From an uncultured Acidobacteriota bacterium (GTDB taxonomy: Bacteria > Acidobacteriota > Blastocatellia > RBC074), in NCBI GenBank assembly GCA_963796275.1, contig CAWCKY010000002.1, positions 576,001-640,000 on the forward strand: 64,000 nt of DNA, in the 5' to 3' direction. The notes below the pieces were generated by a model, which saw only the letters and a list, made by a program, of their open reading frames with translations, was not told the origin of the DNA and ran no database searches. The translations under genes and the position numbers were made by a program. This document shows, in pieces, positions 30,931-40,858 of this stretch (within the stretch, counting starts at the first letter, position 1; every line of letters starts with the position of its first letter).

Positions 30931-32823
30931 ATGAAGAGCCAGCGCCCATTATTAAAATTGATCTCGAGCAGCCAGTTTATCGTGACTGCTCTGATGTTGT
31001 TTTTGCTGCCGCTGTTGGCAGTCCTGCAATACCGCTGGCTGGGCGAGTTGAGCGCAAGTAAAAGCGAGCAGATGAAGACGCACATGCAGGCGACGGCGAC
31101 TCGGTTCGCGCAGGATTTCGATCAGGAGATTACGCGCACATATGTAGCATTCTTGCCAGTTCAGGAAATGAAGAACGAGGATAAGCTGAACGCTTATGTG
31201 TCGAGCTATGATCGTTGGAGTAAATCGGCTTCATATCCCGGGTTGGTTAAATCCGTGTTCCTCGCGCTCACCGACGATCGGAGGCAGCTGCATTTGCATG
31301 AGTTAAACCGCGAAGCCCGTAAGTTTGAAATACACGACTGGCCGCAAAGGATGGTGACGCTGCACCATAAACTGGCAGAGCTTACTCGCAACTCGCCTCC
31401 TTTAGGCTCACCTGTACCCGATAGAAATGAACCCCCTTCGCCACGGCTGCAGCTGTTGGATGAAGAGCTGCCAGCTCTGGTGACGATGCTGGTCGAGCGA
31501 CCGCCCCTGATGAGAACCGACTTTACCTTCGCGGCATCGCATCTGGTTGGATTCACCATCGTAGAGTTGGACCTGACTCACATTCAACAAGAGATATTGC
31601 CATCGCTGATAAAGCGCCATTTCCTTTCCGATGTCGGAAGTAACTACGACATATCCATCGTCTCCGGTATAGATCAAAAGCGCATCATCTATCAATCAGG
31701 CTCAATTACCGGGACGTCGGCCGGCTCTGTATCGACGAATGCCGACGCCAGCGCCCGCCTCTTCAGCCTGCGCCCTGACGAGCTTCGTTTCCTACTGCGA
31801 GGCCGCATGCGACGCGGCGATTCCAGAGACGTGAACAGGTCTGTCCGGAGAAATGGGCCCGCCGCACCAGTCGTGGGACCGAGAGGGCTCTGGGAAGGCG
31901 GGCAACAGGGACTCTGGCAAATCCATATCCGCCATCGAGCCGGATCGCTTGAAACTGCCCTGAACAGCGTGCGCCGCCGGAATCTGCTCATCAGCTTCGG
32001 AATCCTGGGACTGCTCGGCGCTAGCATCGCACTCCTGATCATCTCGGCGCGGCGCGCACGCCGTCTGGCCGAACAGCAAATGGATTTCGTAGCCGGCGTA
32101 TCGCACGAGTTGCGCACTCCATTGGCGGTAATCGAATCGGCTGCCTATAACTTGGACAAAGGTGTCATCAGGGCTCCGCAACAGGTTCAGAACTACGGAG
32201 CGTTGATTCGCAAAGAGACCGGGCGTCTTAAGGAGATGGTCGAACAGATACTGGAATTAGCGGGAGTGCAATCGGGGAGGCTGCAATATAATCTTCACGC
32301 TGTCAGCATCAATCGAATTCTGGATGATGTGCTTTCATCATCGCAACCTCTATTGGCCGAAAGCTGCTTTCAGATCGAATGCGACATTGCATCTGAACTG
32401 CCGCCAGTAATGGCCGATCGGACGGCTCTCGCACGGGCCATCCAGAACCTGATCAATAACGCGATGAAGTACAGCGGCGCAAGTAAGTGGATCGGATTGA
32501 GTGCGAAGGCCGTTGAAACCGCAGACGGTCAATCGGTGCGGATAACAGTCGCCGATCACGGCATAGGTATTCCTGATGAGGAGCTTTCACAGATATTCGA
32601 ACCTTTTTATCGCGGAAGCGCAGCCAGAGCCGCGCAAATCCACGGCAACGGTCTGGGGTTGAGCCTGATTAAAAATATCATCGCAGCGCATCGGGGCACT
32701 ATTGACGTTAAGAGCTCGCCGGGCACGGGCAGCTCTTTCGTCATCAATCTGCCGGTGATGGCAGCGGCTCAGCTGAATAATAGTAGTGCACCAACCGTCT
32801 CAAGCGAGTTATCGTATGAGTAA
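30931..32823 (+). CDS. Membrane sensor histidine kinase
   Basis: Two TM segments; H-box VSHELRTPL; N-box NLINNAMKYS; G1 DHGIGI; F-box IFEPFYR; G2 GNGLGLSL. Confidence 0.95.
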   Translation: MKSQRPLLKLISSSQFIVTALMLFLLPLLAVLQYRWLGELSASKSEQMKTHMQATATRFAQDFDQEITRTYVAFLPVQEMKNEDKLNAYVSSYDRWSKSASYPGLVKSVFLALTDDRRQLHLHELNREARKFEIHDWPQRMVTLHHKLAELTRNSPPLGSPVPDRNEPPSPRLQLLDEELPALVTMLVERPPLMRTDFTFAASHLVGFTIVELDLTHIQQEILPSLIKRHFLSDVGSNYDISIVSGIDQKRIIYQSGSITGTSAGSVSTNADASARLFSLRPDELRFLLRGRMRRGDSRDVNRSVRRNGPAAPVVGPRGLWEGGQQGLWQIHIRHRAGSLETALNSVRRRNLLISFGILGLLGASIALLIISARRARRLAEQQMDFVAGVSHELRTPLAVIESAAYNLDKGVIRAPQQVQNYGALIRKETGRLKEMVEQILELAGVQSGRLQYNLHAVSINRILDDVLSSSQPLLAESCFQIECDIASELPPVMADRTALARAIQNLINNAMKYSGASKWIGLSAKAVETADGQSVRITVADHGIGIPDEELSQIFEPFYRGSAARAAQIHGNGLGLSLIKNIIAAHRGTIDVKSSPGTGSSFVINLPVMAAAQLNNSSAPTVSSELSYE

Positions 32824-33502
32824 GCGGATTTTGCTGGTCGAAGACGAGCAAGGGCTGGTGTTGACGTTGACCGACTTTCTGCGCAGCGAGGGTTATGCGG
32901 TCGAGGCCGCAAACGATGGCGAAGCGGGATTTCGATGCGCAATGGAAGAAACGTTCGATTTACTCATCCTCGACGTTATGCTGCCGCGTAAAAACGGCTT
33001 CGACGTGCTGCGCGACCTGCGCCAGCGCGGGCTGCAGGTACCCGCCATAATGCTTACCGCGCGCGGCCAGATAGTGGACAGGATTCTCGGCCTGAAACTC
33101 GGCGCCGACGACTATCTGATCAAACCTTTCGACATGGGTGAATTACTCGCGCGGATCGAAGCTATCCTGCGGCGCTCGCCGGTAGTGAGTGCGAACGGGT
33201 CGGATGTTTATGTTTTCGGCGGTGTGCGCGTCGATTTTCGCCGCGCAGAGGTGACGCGGGCCAATCAGGTGGTCGAACTGGCAGCCCGGGAATACCACCT
33301 GCTTCGCTACTTCATTGAACACCGCGAGGCGACCATCACCCGCGATGAATTACTGAATGAAGTTTGGGGTTACGACTCAATGCCGGTGACGCGCACCGTT
33401 GACGTACATGTAGGTTTGTTACGTCAGAAACTCGAAACCAACCCACGCCATCCCCAGTATTTTCTTACCATCCATGGGCTCGGGTATAAATTCGTCGGTT
33501 GA
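32816..33502 (+). CDS. OmpR/PhoB family response regulator
   Basis: LLVEDE, LDVMLP, GADDYLIKPF, wHTH TRTVDVHV..LRQKLE..G.GYKF; overlaps the HK stop codon. Confidence 0.95.
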   Translation: MSKRILLVEDEQGLVLTLTDFLRSEGYAVEAANDGEAGFRCAMEETFDLLILDVMLPRKNGFDVLRDLRQRGLQVPAIMLTARGQIVDRILGLKLGADDYLIKPFDMGELLARIEAILRRSPVVSANGSDVYVFGGVRVDFRRAEVTRANQVVELAAREYHLLRYFIEHREATITRDELLNEVWGYDSMPVTRTVDVHVGLLRQKLETNPRHPQYFLTIHGLGYKFVG

Positions 33503-33532
33503 TGGGGGAATGAGATTCAACACACCAGTCGT

Positions 33533-34696
33533 TCACCGGTTAGACGCAGTAATTTCCGCTCCCCAATGTACCAGCCGCTTAACGCAGTGCGCCACCTGAT
33601 CAAGCGCCCCATCGCCTTCGAGCAGGACAGGGTGATGAAGAACCAGCATATTAGCATCAGCGCGAGTAGCTTCCGTTAGATCTCCTGCTTTGCGGAAACG
33701 GCGGGAAGATCGGCAGAGATGAAAGGCTCGGAAACCGCCGTTAAAATCTATCCCTTCAGCCCTGGCAGCCTGTACAAATCTTTCCCGAGAAAGCCCTCTG
33801 AATCCTTCCGGCTCGTATCGAAATCCGAGTTTATAATAACCGGGTGAAGTCGATGATATCCGGTTAGCCAATAAACGGAGCCCAGTTACGTCACTCAGTC
33901 GGTCTGCCAATTTTGTAACAGCAGTCTCTCGCTCTCGATTTCTCTCATCCAGTCTCTCCAATTGGGGAAGAAGGACCGTCGCCTGCAACTCCGAGAGCGG
34001 ATAGGCATGGTTACCGCGATTACAATAAACCTGAACACGCTGTTTGACTTCCGGAGACGAGGTCAGTAAAGCGCCCCCACGCCCGGCGGTGAGAAGTTTG
34101 CTTCCACCAAAACTGATAACACCGATATCACCCCAGGTACCGGCCCTGCGCCCTTCAATCAATGCTCCCGGCATCTGACAGGCATCTTCAATTACCGAAA
34201 GACCATGCGCACGAGCTATCGCGGTGACTCTCTCCATGGAAACCGCGCCACCGTGAAGATGAGAGACCAGGATGGCTCGAGTGCTCGGGCTGATGGCTTC
34301 GGCAAGGAGGTCCGGGTTGAGGTTCCAGTTCTGCGGATCGAGATCGATCAATACCGGCCGTGCGCCGACCGCGACTATATCATTGAAATTCCCGATAAAA
34401 TCATAGCCCGCCAGAATAACCTCATCGCCCGGCCCGATCTGCAGAGAGCGCAGCGCCAATTCGATAGCAAAGGTTCCGCTGCAGCAAAGTTCCACAAATT
34501 CGATCTCGTGATATGAAGCCAGTATATCCGCCAGCAGGCGACTATTAGGCCCGTGATAAAGTCCCCACGTACCGTCGATGATTGCACGTTCGATGGCGAG
34601 CGACACCTCTTTCGACGCGGGCGGCCACAATGGCGGGCCTTCTGGGCGAATAGATTCTCCACCAAGTATCGCGGGCAGTTCTGTTTTATCCGTCAT
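33533..34696 (-). CDS. DegT/DnrJ/EryC1/StrS family PLP-dependent aminotransferase (start 34696 or 34711)
   Basis: PAILGG, SGTFAIELAL, GPGDEVI, IEDACQ, SFGGSKLLTAGRGG (PLP-binding Lys). Confidence 0.9.
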   Translation of the reverse strand: MTDKTELPAILGGESIRPEGPPLWPPASKEVSLAIERAIIDGTWGLYHGPNSRLLADILASYHEIEFVELCCSGTFAIELALRSLQIGPGDEVILAGYDFIGNFNDIVAVGARPVLIDLDPQNWNLNPDLLAEAISPSTRAILVSHLHGGAVSMERVTAIARAHGLSVIEDACQMPGALIEGRRAGTWGDIGVISFGGSKLLTAGRGGALLTSSPEVKQRVQVYCNRGNHAYPLSELQATVLLPQLERLDERNRERETAVTKLADRLSDVTGLRLLANRISSTSPGYYKLGFRYEPEGFRGLSRERFVQAARAEGIDFNGGFRAFHLCRSSRRFRKAGDLTEATRADANMLVLHHPVLLEGDGALDQVAHCVKRLVHWGAEITASNR

Positions 34697-34838
34697 AATC
34701 CGTCGTCGCATTCGGGCCAGTCCACGGTGAATCGATGCTAACTCCCAAACTTAACCTAGAAAATCTTGTCAACCGGCCACTCTTGTTTCATCATTCCCAA
34801 AATTATTCACTTTATGATCAGATGGATTGGGACATTTT

Positions 34839-35933
34839 ATGAACAAAATTCGTTTTTTGATGATAGGTGGTTTTCTGGGAGCCGGCAAGACTACTACTCT
34901 CGGCCGTTTAGCCAGGGATTATATGAATAAAGGGCTGCAGGTCGGCATCGTGACGAACGATCAGGCTACGGACCTGGTGGATACTCAGAATCTCCGCCGT
35001 CAGGGATTCGATGTCGAGGAGGTGCCGGGAGCCTGCTTCTGCTGCCGCTTCGATGATCTCATCTCGACGATCGGCCGGTTGAGCCAGAATCAAACGCCCG
35101 ACGTGATCCTGGCGGAACCGGTGGGAAGCTGCACCGATCTGGTGGCCACGGTTGTACAGCCGCTCAAACAGTTATATCCCGACCGTTTTCGGATCGCGCC
35201 GTACTCGGTGATCTTGAAGCCCAGCCACGGCCGTCGAATCCTCCGCAATGAAGCGGAGGCGGGGTTCTCTCCGAAAGCGGCCTATATTTTTCGAAAACAG
35301 CTCGAAGAAGCCGATGCCATTCTTCTTAATCGCATCGACGAATTGACTTCCGCAGAAGCCGATGAATTGACGACTCTGGTAAAAGAGGTCAATGCCGATG
35401 TTCCGGTCCTGCGCATCTCCGCGAAGACCGGTCAGGGTCTCGACGCACTGGAAGAGTTATTAGCTCAGGATGGGAACTTCGGCCGCCGCATCCTCGATCT
35501 CGATTATGATATTTATGCCGCCGGTGAGGCCGAATTGGGATGGCTGAACAGCAGCTTGAAATTCTCGAGCCCCCGTGAATTCGAACTCGACGAATTGCTC
35601 CTCGAAATCGTCCGCTCTCTGCGCGACCGTCTCGGCTCGCAGGGGTATGAGACGGCTCATCTGAAGGTCATCGGATTGTGGGAGGGATTTTTCGGTGTCG
35701 CCAATCTGGTGAGTAGCGACAGCAATCCTGAGCTCTCGCTTCCATCGCACAGCCGCGTTCGTGAAGTTGATCTGATCGTCAATGCCAGAGTCGCGACCGA
35801 TCCGGGCATTCTGGAGCGCTTCGTAAGTGAAACGGCACTTAAGCTGGGAGAAGCAAGAGAAGCTCAGGTGCAATTTCACCAGACACAAAGCTTCCGCCCA
35901 GGCCGGCCTGTTCCGACTCATCGGTTTTCTTGA
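34839..35933 (+). CDS. CobW/COG0523 (G3E) metallochaperone GTPase
   Basis: Walker [16 protein letters not shown], CxCC metal motif [25 protein letters not shown]. Confidence 0.88.
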   Translation: MNKIRFLMIGGFLGAGKTTTLGRLARDYMNKGLQVGIVTNDQATDLVDTQNLRRQGFDVEEVPGACFCCRFDDLISTIGRLSQNQTPDVILAEPVGSCTDLVATVVQPLKQLYPDRFRIAPYSVILKPSHGRRILRNEAEAGFSPKAAYIFRKQLEEADAILLNRIDELTSAEADELTTLVKEVNADVPVLRISAKTGQGLDALEELLAQDGNFGRRILDLDYDIYAAGEAELGWLNSSLKFSSPREFELDELLLEIVRSLRDRLGSQGYETAHLKVIGLWEGFFGVANLVSSDSNPELSLPSHSRVREVDLIVNARVATDPGILERFVSETALKLGEAREAQVQFHQTQSFRPGRPVPTHRFS

Positions 35934-35944
35934 TCGTTGGTTCG

Positions 35945-36890
35945 TTATTTTGACGTCAATAGTGCGAGAGACCCCAGGCCGTAAAAGGTGTATTCAGGGA
36001 TCTGTTTCGCCGTCCCAGACAGCACCTCTAAACCCGCCATCATCGAGCTCAAGTTGGCTGACAAATCGCCGGCTTGCGTCCGCATCGATGCTGTGGGTCA
36101 AGTTCAGATGTTGAGCAGTCAGAATACCGGTGAAGGTTGACAGCAGATCGCAAACTGGAATTTGCGTGTTCGCGCGAAAACCACCTTCATCTCCTTTTAC
36201 CTTTGCCAGATAATCCTCAATCCCCTGCAGAATATCCGTCTCAATCGCCTGAAATCGTTTGAGCAGAACTGCGGCGGCGGCAGTGGGGTTCGTGCCGCTG
36301 CGCTTCATCGGGCCGATCTCCACGAATCCTCCGTCATCCCGCCGTCTGGATAAGAGGAACTGTACGATCAGATTCACAGCGGGCGGCGTTCTTCCAAGCA
36401 TTTCATAGCAAAGCACGGCCAGAAATGTGTGATAGGTGCTGCTAGAGCCTCCCTCGTGTGTCCTGGCATATCCGCCATCCGAACGACGGAACGTCTCCAA
36501 CGCCGTAGACAGCTCAGAGATCAATACATCGGCATCGTTCGCAAAGGAGGACGTATTCCCCGTCAGTTGGACGGTGATAAATGAATAGAACCAGCTCACG
36601 AGATCGATCAAGCTATATTGCTGTTTCGCGGCGACTGTCTTCAGGTAATGCTCGACCTGTTGGGAGCGCAAGCCATTCAGCGCATTCAGGAGTGCCAGCC
36701 CGCGCACGGCGAAACTGGTGTAGTAGAGATCGGATCCACCGCTACGACCCGCAAAGCCGCCATCAGGCCGCTGGAAGTTTAGGATAAGTTTGATGTGCCG
36801 CGCGGTACGCTCAGCATCAAGGTCCTTCAATCCTGCTGCCAGCAGTCTGGTCAAGTCGAGAAGGAAACTGTTTTGTGGTTCGCCGATCAT
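35945..36890 (-). CDS. Prenyltransferase/squalene-oxidase-repeat protein (geranylgeranyltransferase-beta-like single barrel) with a +1 frameshift at 35997-35999
   Basis: Repeats QRPDGGFAG, SDLYYTSF, RRSDGGY, STYHTF, DDGGF, DLLSTF. Removing one G extends the C-terminus as DPEYTFYGLGSLALLTSK to a stop at 35945-35947. Confidence 0.82.
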
Positions 36891-36997
36891 TTGGATTCGA
36901 AGGCATGGCCAGAGAGGCGCGGAGAGAGAAAGAATCGCTTCAAATAGCTATCTTCCTCTCCCCTTCCGTTTCTCTGTGCTTCTGTCGCAGTTTTCAC

Positions 36998-38833
36998 CTA
37001 ATTGAGCACATTGAGCGCAACGAGGTCTCGGGCTATCTCGGGCTCGGTAGATTCATCTGCGAGCGCGGTGTCGACCAGGAAATAAAGTAATTCGCGAAGC
37101 TCATCGGGTTCTACTTCATCGGCGATCGCCTCGGCTCTCTGGCGATATTTCTCAATCAGCGTTCTGGCTTTTTCGAAAACCCGGCATGATTCATAGATGC
37201 GGGCTACTCTGCCAGCGCTCCGCTCATCACGTGAACCGGTCGATATCAGGCCTATGAGCTCTTCTCTTTGCGCTGGCGATGCAGCTTCGAGCGCCAGGGC
37301 AAGCAGGAGCGTCGGACGCATTGCCATGACATCCTGTCCGACGATGCGCTTGTTTTGAAGATCGGTCGACCAGTCCTTGAGATCGTTGATGATCTGAAAC
37401 GCAACTCCGAGATTGCGTGAGAAGTTGGTCACCATCTCCTCGTATTTCTCTACCGGACCAGCCAGGCGCAGACCGGCATATAATGCCGCTTCGAAGGCGG
37501 GCGCTGTCTTGAGGGCATAAATTTTGAGAGCCTCGATGGGCTGAATACTTATCTCTTTCTCCTTATTATCACGCCAGAGGAGTTCGGCGCCTTGCCCTTC
37601 CGCAAGCTTCACGTGCGCCTCTGAGAGACGCTGCAGAATTGCAGCTACGGCTTCGCAGGGCAGATCGCCGCCGGCATTGGCTATTAACCGGTAACCCAAT
37701 CCGAGCAAGTAGTCGCCGGTATTGATGGCGGTGGAAACCCCATAGCGCCGGTGGAGCGTTTGATGGCCGTAGCGATACGCGTCATCATCCTCAATATCGT
37801 CATGCACGAGCGAAGCCTTATGAAATGCCTCCATCGCCATCGCTACGCGACGCACAGAATCGGGAACTTCCTCGACTTTCCGATCATCGCCTGACTCGTC
37901 CGGTCGCGCCGACGGCGCGCCCCGTAGAGCATCATAAGCAGCCAGAGTAATAAATGGACGGAATCGTTTTCCGCCTTTGACCAGCCAGTCGTAGGCGATT
38001 GCCTCGGTGCCAGCTACGGGATCGGCGGCATAGACAGATCCGCCGCCCTGCGATTTACTGCTGCGCAACCTCGGCAGTAGAGCCGGGAAATCTTCGCCGA
38101 ACATGTCGTTGGCGGCACGCAGCAGGGGGACGTAGGTCCTCGTTTTGACCGCAGGCTTCTCCTGATAGGTCTCCAAAACTTCCAGGACCCAATCATTATC
38201 AACTGTGGTGCTCTTGCAGTTGCTCGAATGTAAGGGGATCGCGTAAGCGGGGACACCGCTCTGAACAACCTTCTCGAAAGCTTTTTCGAGGACATTGAGA
38301 CAGGCCACTCCGAGAATGCCATCGATGTATCCGCTGACGATAACCTTGAGCACGATCGGCGTCCCTTCCGCGACCATGATCTTGTAGCCGAGCTTCTCGG
38401 CCTTGATTTTGAAATCGCCGATAGCGCAGGCGCCGCAATCCTCGCAGTGGAGGCCTAACTCGTCGTAGTGAGCGCTACAGGCCTCTACATGCTTGAGGCA
38501 ATGTGGTAAGAGAAAAATTCGTTTATTGAAGGGGATCGAGATGAACTGCTCCTTCCAGAAACCATTGCCGAGCATCACCATAGCGAAACCCAGATATCCT
38601 TGGTCTAGGCCCATTTTCTCAAGCAGGGCTTGCCCGTGAGCCTCCAGTTCTTTTTTGCTCAGCGGGCGGCTGCGATCGATGTCGCGCACGTAATGGAATG
38701 CCTCTGCTCTTATTCTCTCCCTGAGGTCAGGAGTCTCAGGATTCAGTTTGAGCAGTTTGCTCCCGAGCTTCGGCTTTGCCGGTGAATCCGGTTTGACAGC
38801 GACATCCAAGGTTCCTGAAATGAGATCAGACAT
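36998..38833 (-). CDS. DUF116 (Cys-rich) domain fused to a trans-polyprenyl diphosphate synthase
   Basis: N-domain LLPHCL..C..CEDCGACAIG..GVAC..PL.SSNC; synthase motifs GGKRFRP, FARM HDDIEDDD.YR, GQ, KTA, SARM variant FQIINDLKD. Confidence 0.88.
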   Translation of the reverse strand: MSDLISGTLDVAVKPDSPAKPKLGSKLLKLNPETPDLRERIRAEAFHYVRDIDRSRPLSKKELEAHGQALLEKMGLDQGYLGFAMVMLGNGFWKEQFISIPFNKRIFLLPHCLKHVEACSAHYDELGLHCEDCGACAIGDFKIKAEKLGYKIMVAEGTPIVLKVIVSGYIDGILGVACLNVLEKAFEKVVQSGVPAYAIPLHSSNCKSTTVDNDWVLEVLETYQEKPAVKTRTYVPLLRAANDMFGEDFPALLPRLRSSKSQGGGSVYAADPVAGTEAIAYDWLVKGGKRFRPFITLAAYDALRGAPSARPDESGDDRKVEEVPDSVRRVAMAMEAFHKASLVHDDIEDDDAYRYGHQTLHRRYGVSTAINTGDYLLGLGYRLIANAGGDLPCEAVAAILQRLSEAHVKLAEGQGAELLWRDNKEKEISIQPIEALKIYALKTAPAFEAALYAGLRLAGPVEKYEEMVTNFSRNLGVAFQIINDLKDWSTDLQNKRIVGQDVMAMRPTLLLALALEAASPAQREELIGLISTGSRDERSAGRVARIYESCRVFEKARTLIEKYRQRAEAIADEVEPDELRELLYFLVDTALADESTEPEIARDLVALNVLN

Positions 38834-38959
38834 AGAGTTCTCCTACAGATCAGATAGTACACCGCCGGATTTACTTTTAGGTATCGAACCCGAGCCTCGC
38901 GGCCGACTGGCGAAGACCCGAGATGAGCCCACAAGTAATTACGGCGAACGGTAATTAGT

Positions 38960-40840
38960 TTAAGTACGAGCCCGCGCATCACTTGAAACAAATGCGAATG
39001 CGCGTCCCAATGCGCCGACCGTGAAGATCAAAGGGTAGAGCCGTTCAAAGTACCAGAGGTTGGCGAAATAGAATCCAATCGGAGAGGCATTCAGGAAACC
39101 TCCATCCTCCACGCGCTCGACCAGCCAGCGAATACCGCGGGCGAGGGCTTCATTCGCACCGGCAACCTCTCCGCAATCTATCAGCGCATCGATCGCTAGT
39201 GCCGTCTCCTCGACGCTCGAAGGAACGCCCGGGTTACCGCCCCAGCCGCCATCCTCGCATTGGCAGGCAATCAACCATCGGTAGCCTCGCCGGGCCGGCT
39301 CGCCGTCATTCAACCCCAAATCGCGATATGCGGCCAGCACGCGGGCGGTTCCATAAACCGGGTTTTCATCATCCGGAGCGTGTTGATTGCCGAACCAGAG
39401 CGGAAGCCAGGACCCATCCTGCCGTTGAATTCCCTCGAGAAACCGAAACCCGAGCCGACTGGCGCGTTGGAGCTTCCGGGGAAGCTCCCGCAAATTTTCC
39501 CCCACTTCTCTGCCCTTTGCTCCCGCAGCTGAGCTGTGCGCCACATCCTTCCAGGCATTGAGCGCGCGCAATGCATGCGCTGTGATGTCTGCACTGCTGC
39601 GGTCAAAGGGGAGATGCCCCCAGCCGCGGCAAAACGTGGGCCAACCACCGTCGCGGTTTTGCAGGTTCAGCAGCCACTCGAGGCCGGCTATCGCAGCATC
39701 TGTCGACTCCGCCGTCGCGCCCAGATTTCGCAATGCGATCAACGCCCCAGCCGTATCATCCGCGTCGGGTACGGCGCCAGGAAGCGGCGTCCAACCCCAT
39801 CCTCCCGGCGCAGCAGCTGTGAATGGGTGGATCGAACGGTATTGCTGATCGAGCATCCACTGGCGCAGTGGACCCGCGAATTGATCGAAGCGCTCGCCGG
39901 CTTCGCAAAGTGCGTTGATCGACAGGGTAGTCACCCACGTCGAGAGATTCGTATCGATGGGCCAGCTTCCATCGGGCCGGACCGCCTGCACCAGAAAATC
40001 GATCCCCTTCTGAGCCACCGGATGTGTGGCCAGCCCGGCGCCCGCCAGACTCATCGTGACAAAGCTCACCAGCGGGGTAGCTTCAAGAAATCCGCCGTTG
40101 GCGGGTTGAATTGCCTCGAGCTTCCGCAGCGCACCCGGAATCGCAGTCTGCCGAATTGCGCGAAGAACCGGGTTGCGCGACCCGCGCCGTGAGAATTGAA
40201 CGATTCCCAGTGCGATGAGGGCGGGCAATGCATAGCTCACCACCGGCAGGTTGATCCATTTGTAGGCAGAAGCAGGAAGACAGGCCAGTTCGAAAGGAAG
40301 CGGAGGCGCTTCACTCCATTCGATCAACCCTGCCAATGCGCAACAAGACAATATAGGGACAGAAAATGTGCGATCCTGGCCGTACCGCGCGCGAACTGCC
40401 CGTGCCAGCGTTTGCGGGTCGCGCCCGCCCGCGATGCCTTCCAGATAACGTTCCGCCCGCCGCAAACTTTCATCAATTTGCTCTGATGAATCAAAATTCT
40501 CTTTCCCCAGCGTCATTGCTGCGCGGCAGAGCATGGTAGTTGAAATATTCGAGAAACTTCTGATCGTGTCGCCCCAACCGCCGTCGCCATTCTGATGATC
40601 CAGCAGCCAACGAACGCCTCCGGTAATGAGCGCCGAAAAGCGATTTCGATCGATGAGAGCCAGAGCGCAGACCGCCGTCGCGGTAGAAAGTGAAGAACTC
40701 GATAGTTCACCGGTCCAGAACCCTTCGGGACTGCGCTCAGCAAGCAAACAGGATCGGGCCTTGAAATAGGCCGCTGTGAACCGCTCCGGTTCGATTAGCG
40801 ATTCGCTCACGGAGATTGATCTTTTCGCGCTTGGAGTCAT
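38960..40840 (-). CDS. Squalene-hopene-cyclase-like class II terpene cyclase
   Basis: DxDD motif PDADDTA; QW repeats QNGDGGWG, QNRDGGWP, QRQDGSW and QCEDGGWG; PGGWGW; SSVEETALA. Confidence 0.88.
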   Translation of the reverse strand: MTPSAKRSISVSESLIEPERFTAAYFKARSCLLAERSPEGFWTGELSSSSLSTATAVCALALIDRNRFSALITGGVRWLLDHQNGDGGWGDTIRSFSNISTTMLCRAAMTLGKENFDSSEQIDESLRRAERYLEGIAGGRDPQTLARAVRARYGQDRTFSVPILSCCALAGLIEWSEAPPLPFELACLPASAYKWINLPVVSYALPALIALGIVQFSRRGSRNPVLRAIRQTAIPGALRKLEAIQPANGGFLEATPLVSFVTMSLAGAGLATHPVAQKGIDFLVQAVRPDGSWPIDTNLSTWVTTLSINALCEAGERFDQFAGPLRQWMLDQQYRSIHPFTAAAPGGWGWTPLPGAVPDADDTAGALIALRNLGATAESTDAAIAGLEWLLNLQNRDGGWPTFCRGWGHLPFDRSSADITAHALRALNAWKDVAHSSAAGAKGREVGENLRELPRKLQRASRLGFRFLEGIQRQDGSWLPLWFGNQHAPDDENPVYGTARVLAAYRDLGLNDGEPARRGYRWLIACQCEDGGWGGNPGVPSSVEETALAIDALIDCGEVAGANEALARGIRWLVERVEDGGFLNASPIGFYFANLWYFERLYPLIFTVGALGRAFAFVSSDARART

Positions 40841-40858
40841 CTTGATAACCAAAAATGT

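Noticed and set aside
38960-40840. Calling the cyclase shc (standard hopanoid pathway)
   Set aside because: No hpnC/D/E/G/H genes in the window and the context is atypical; the substrate is unknown.
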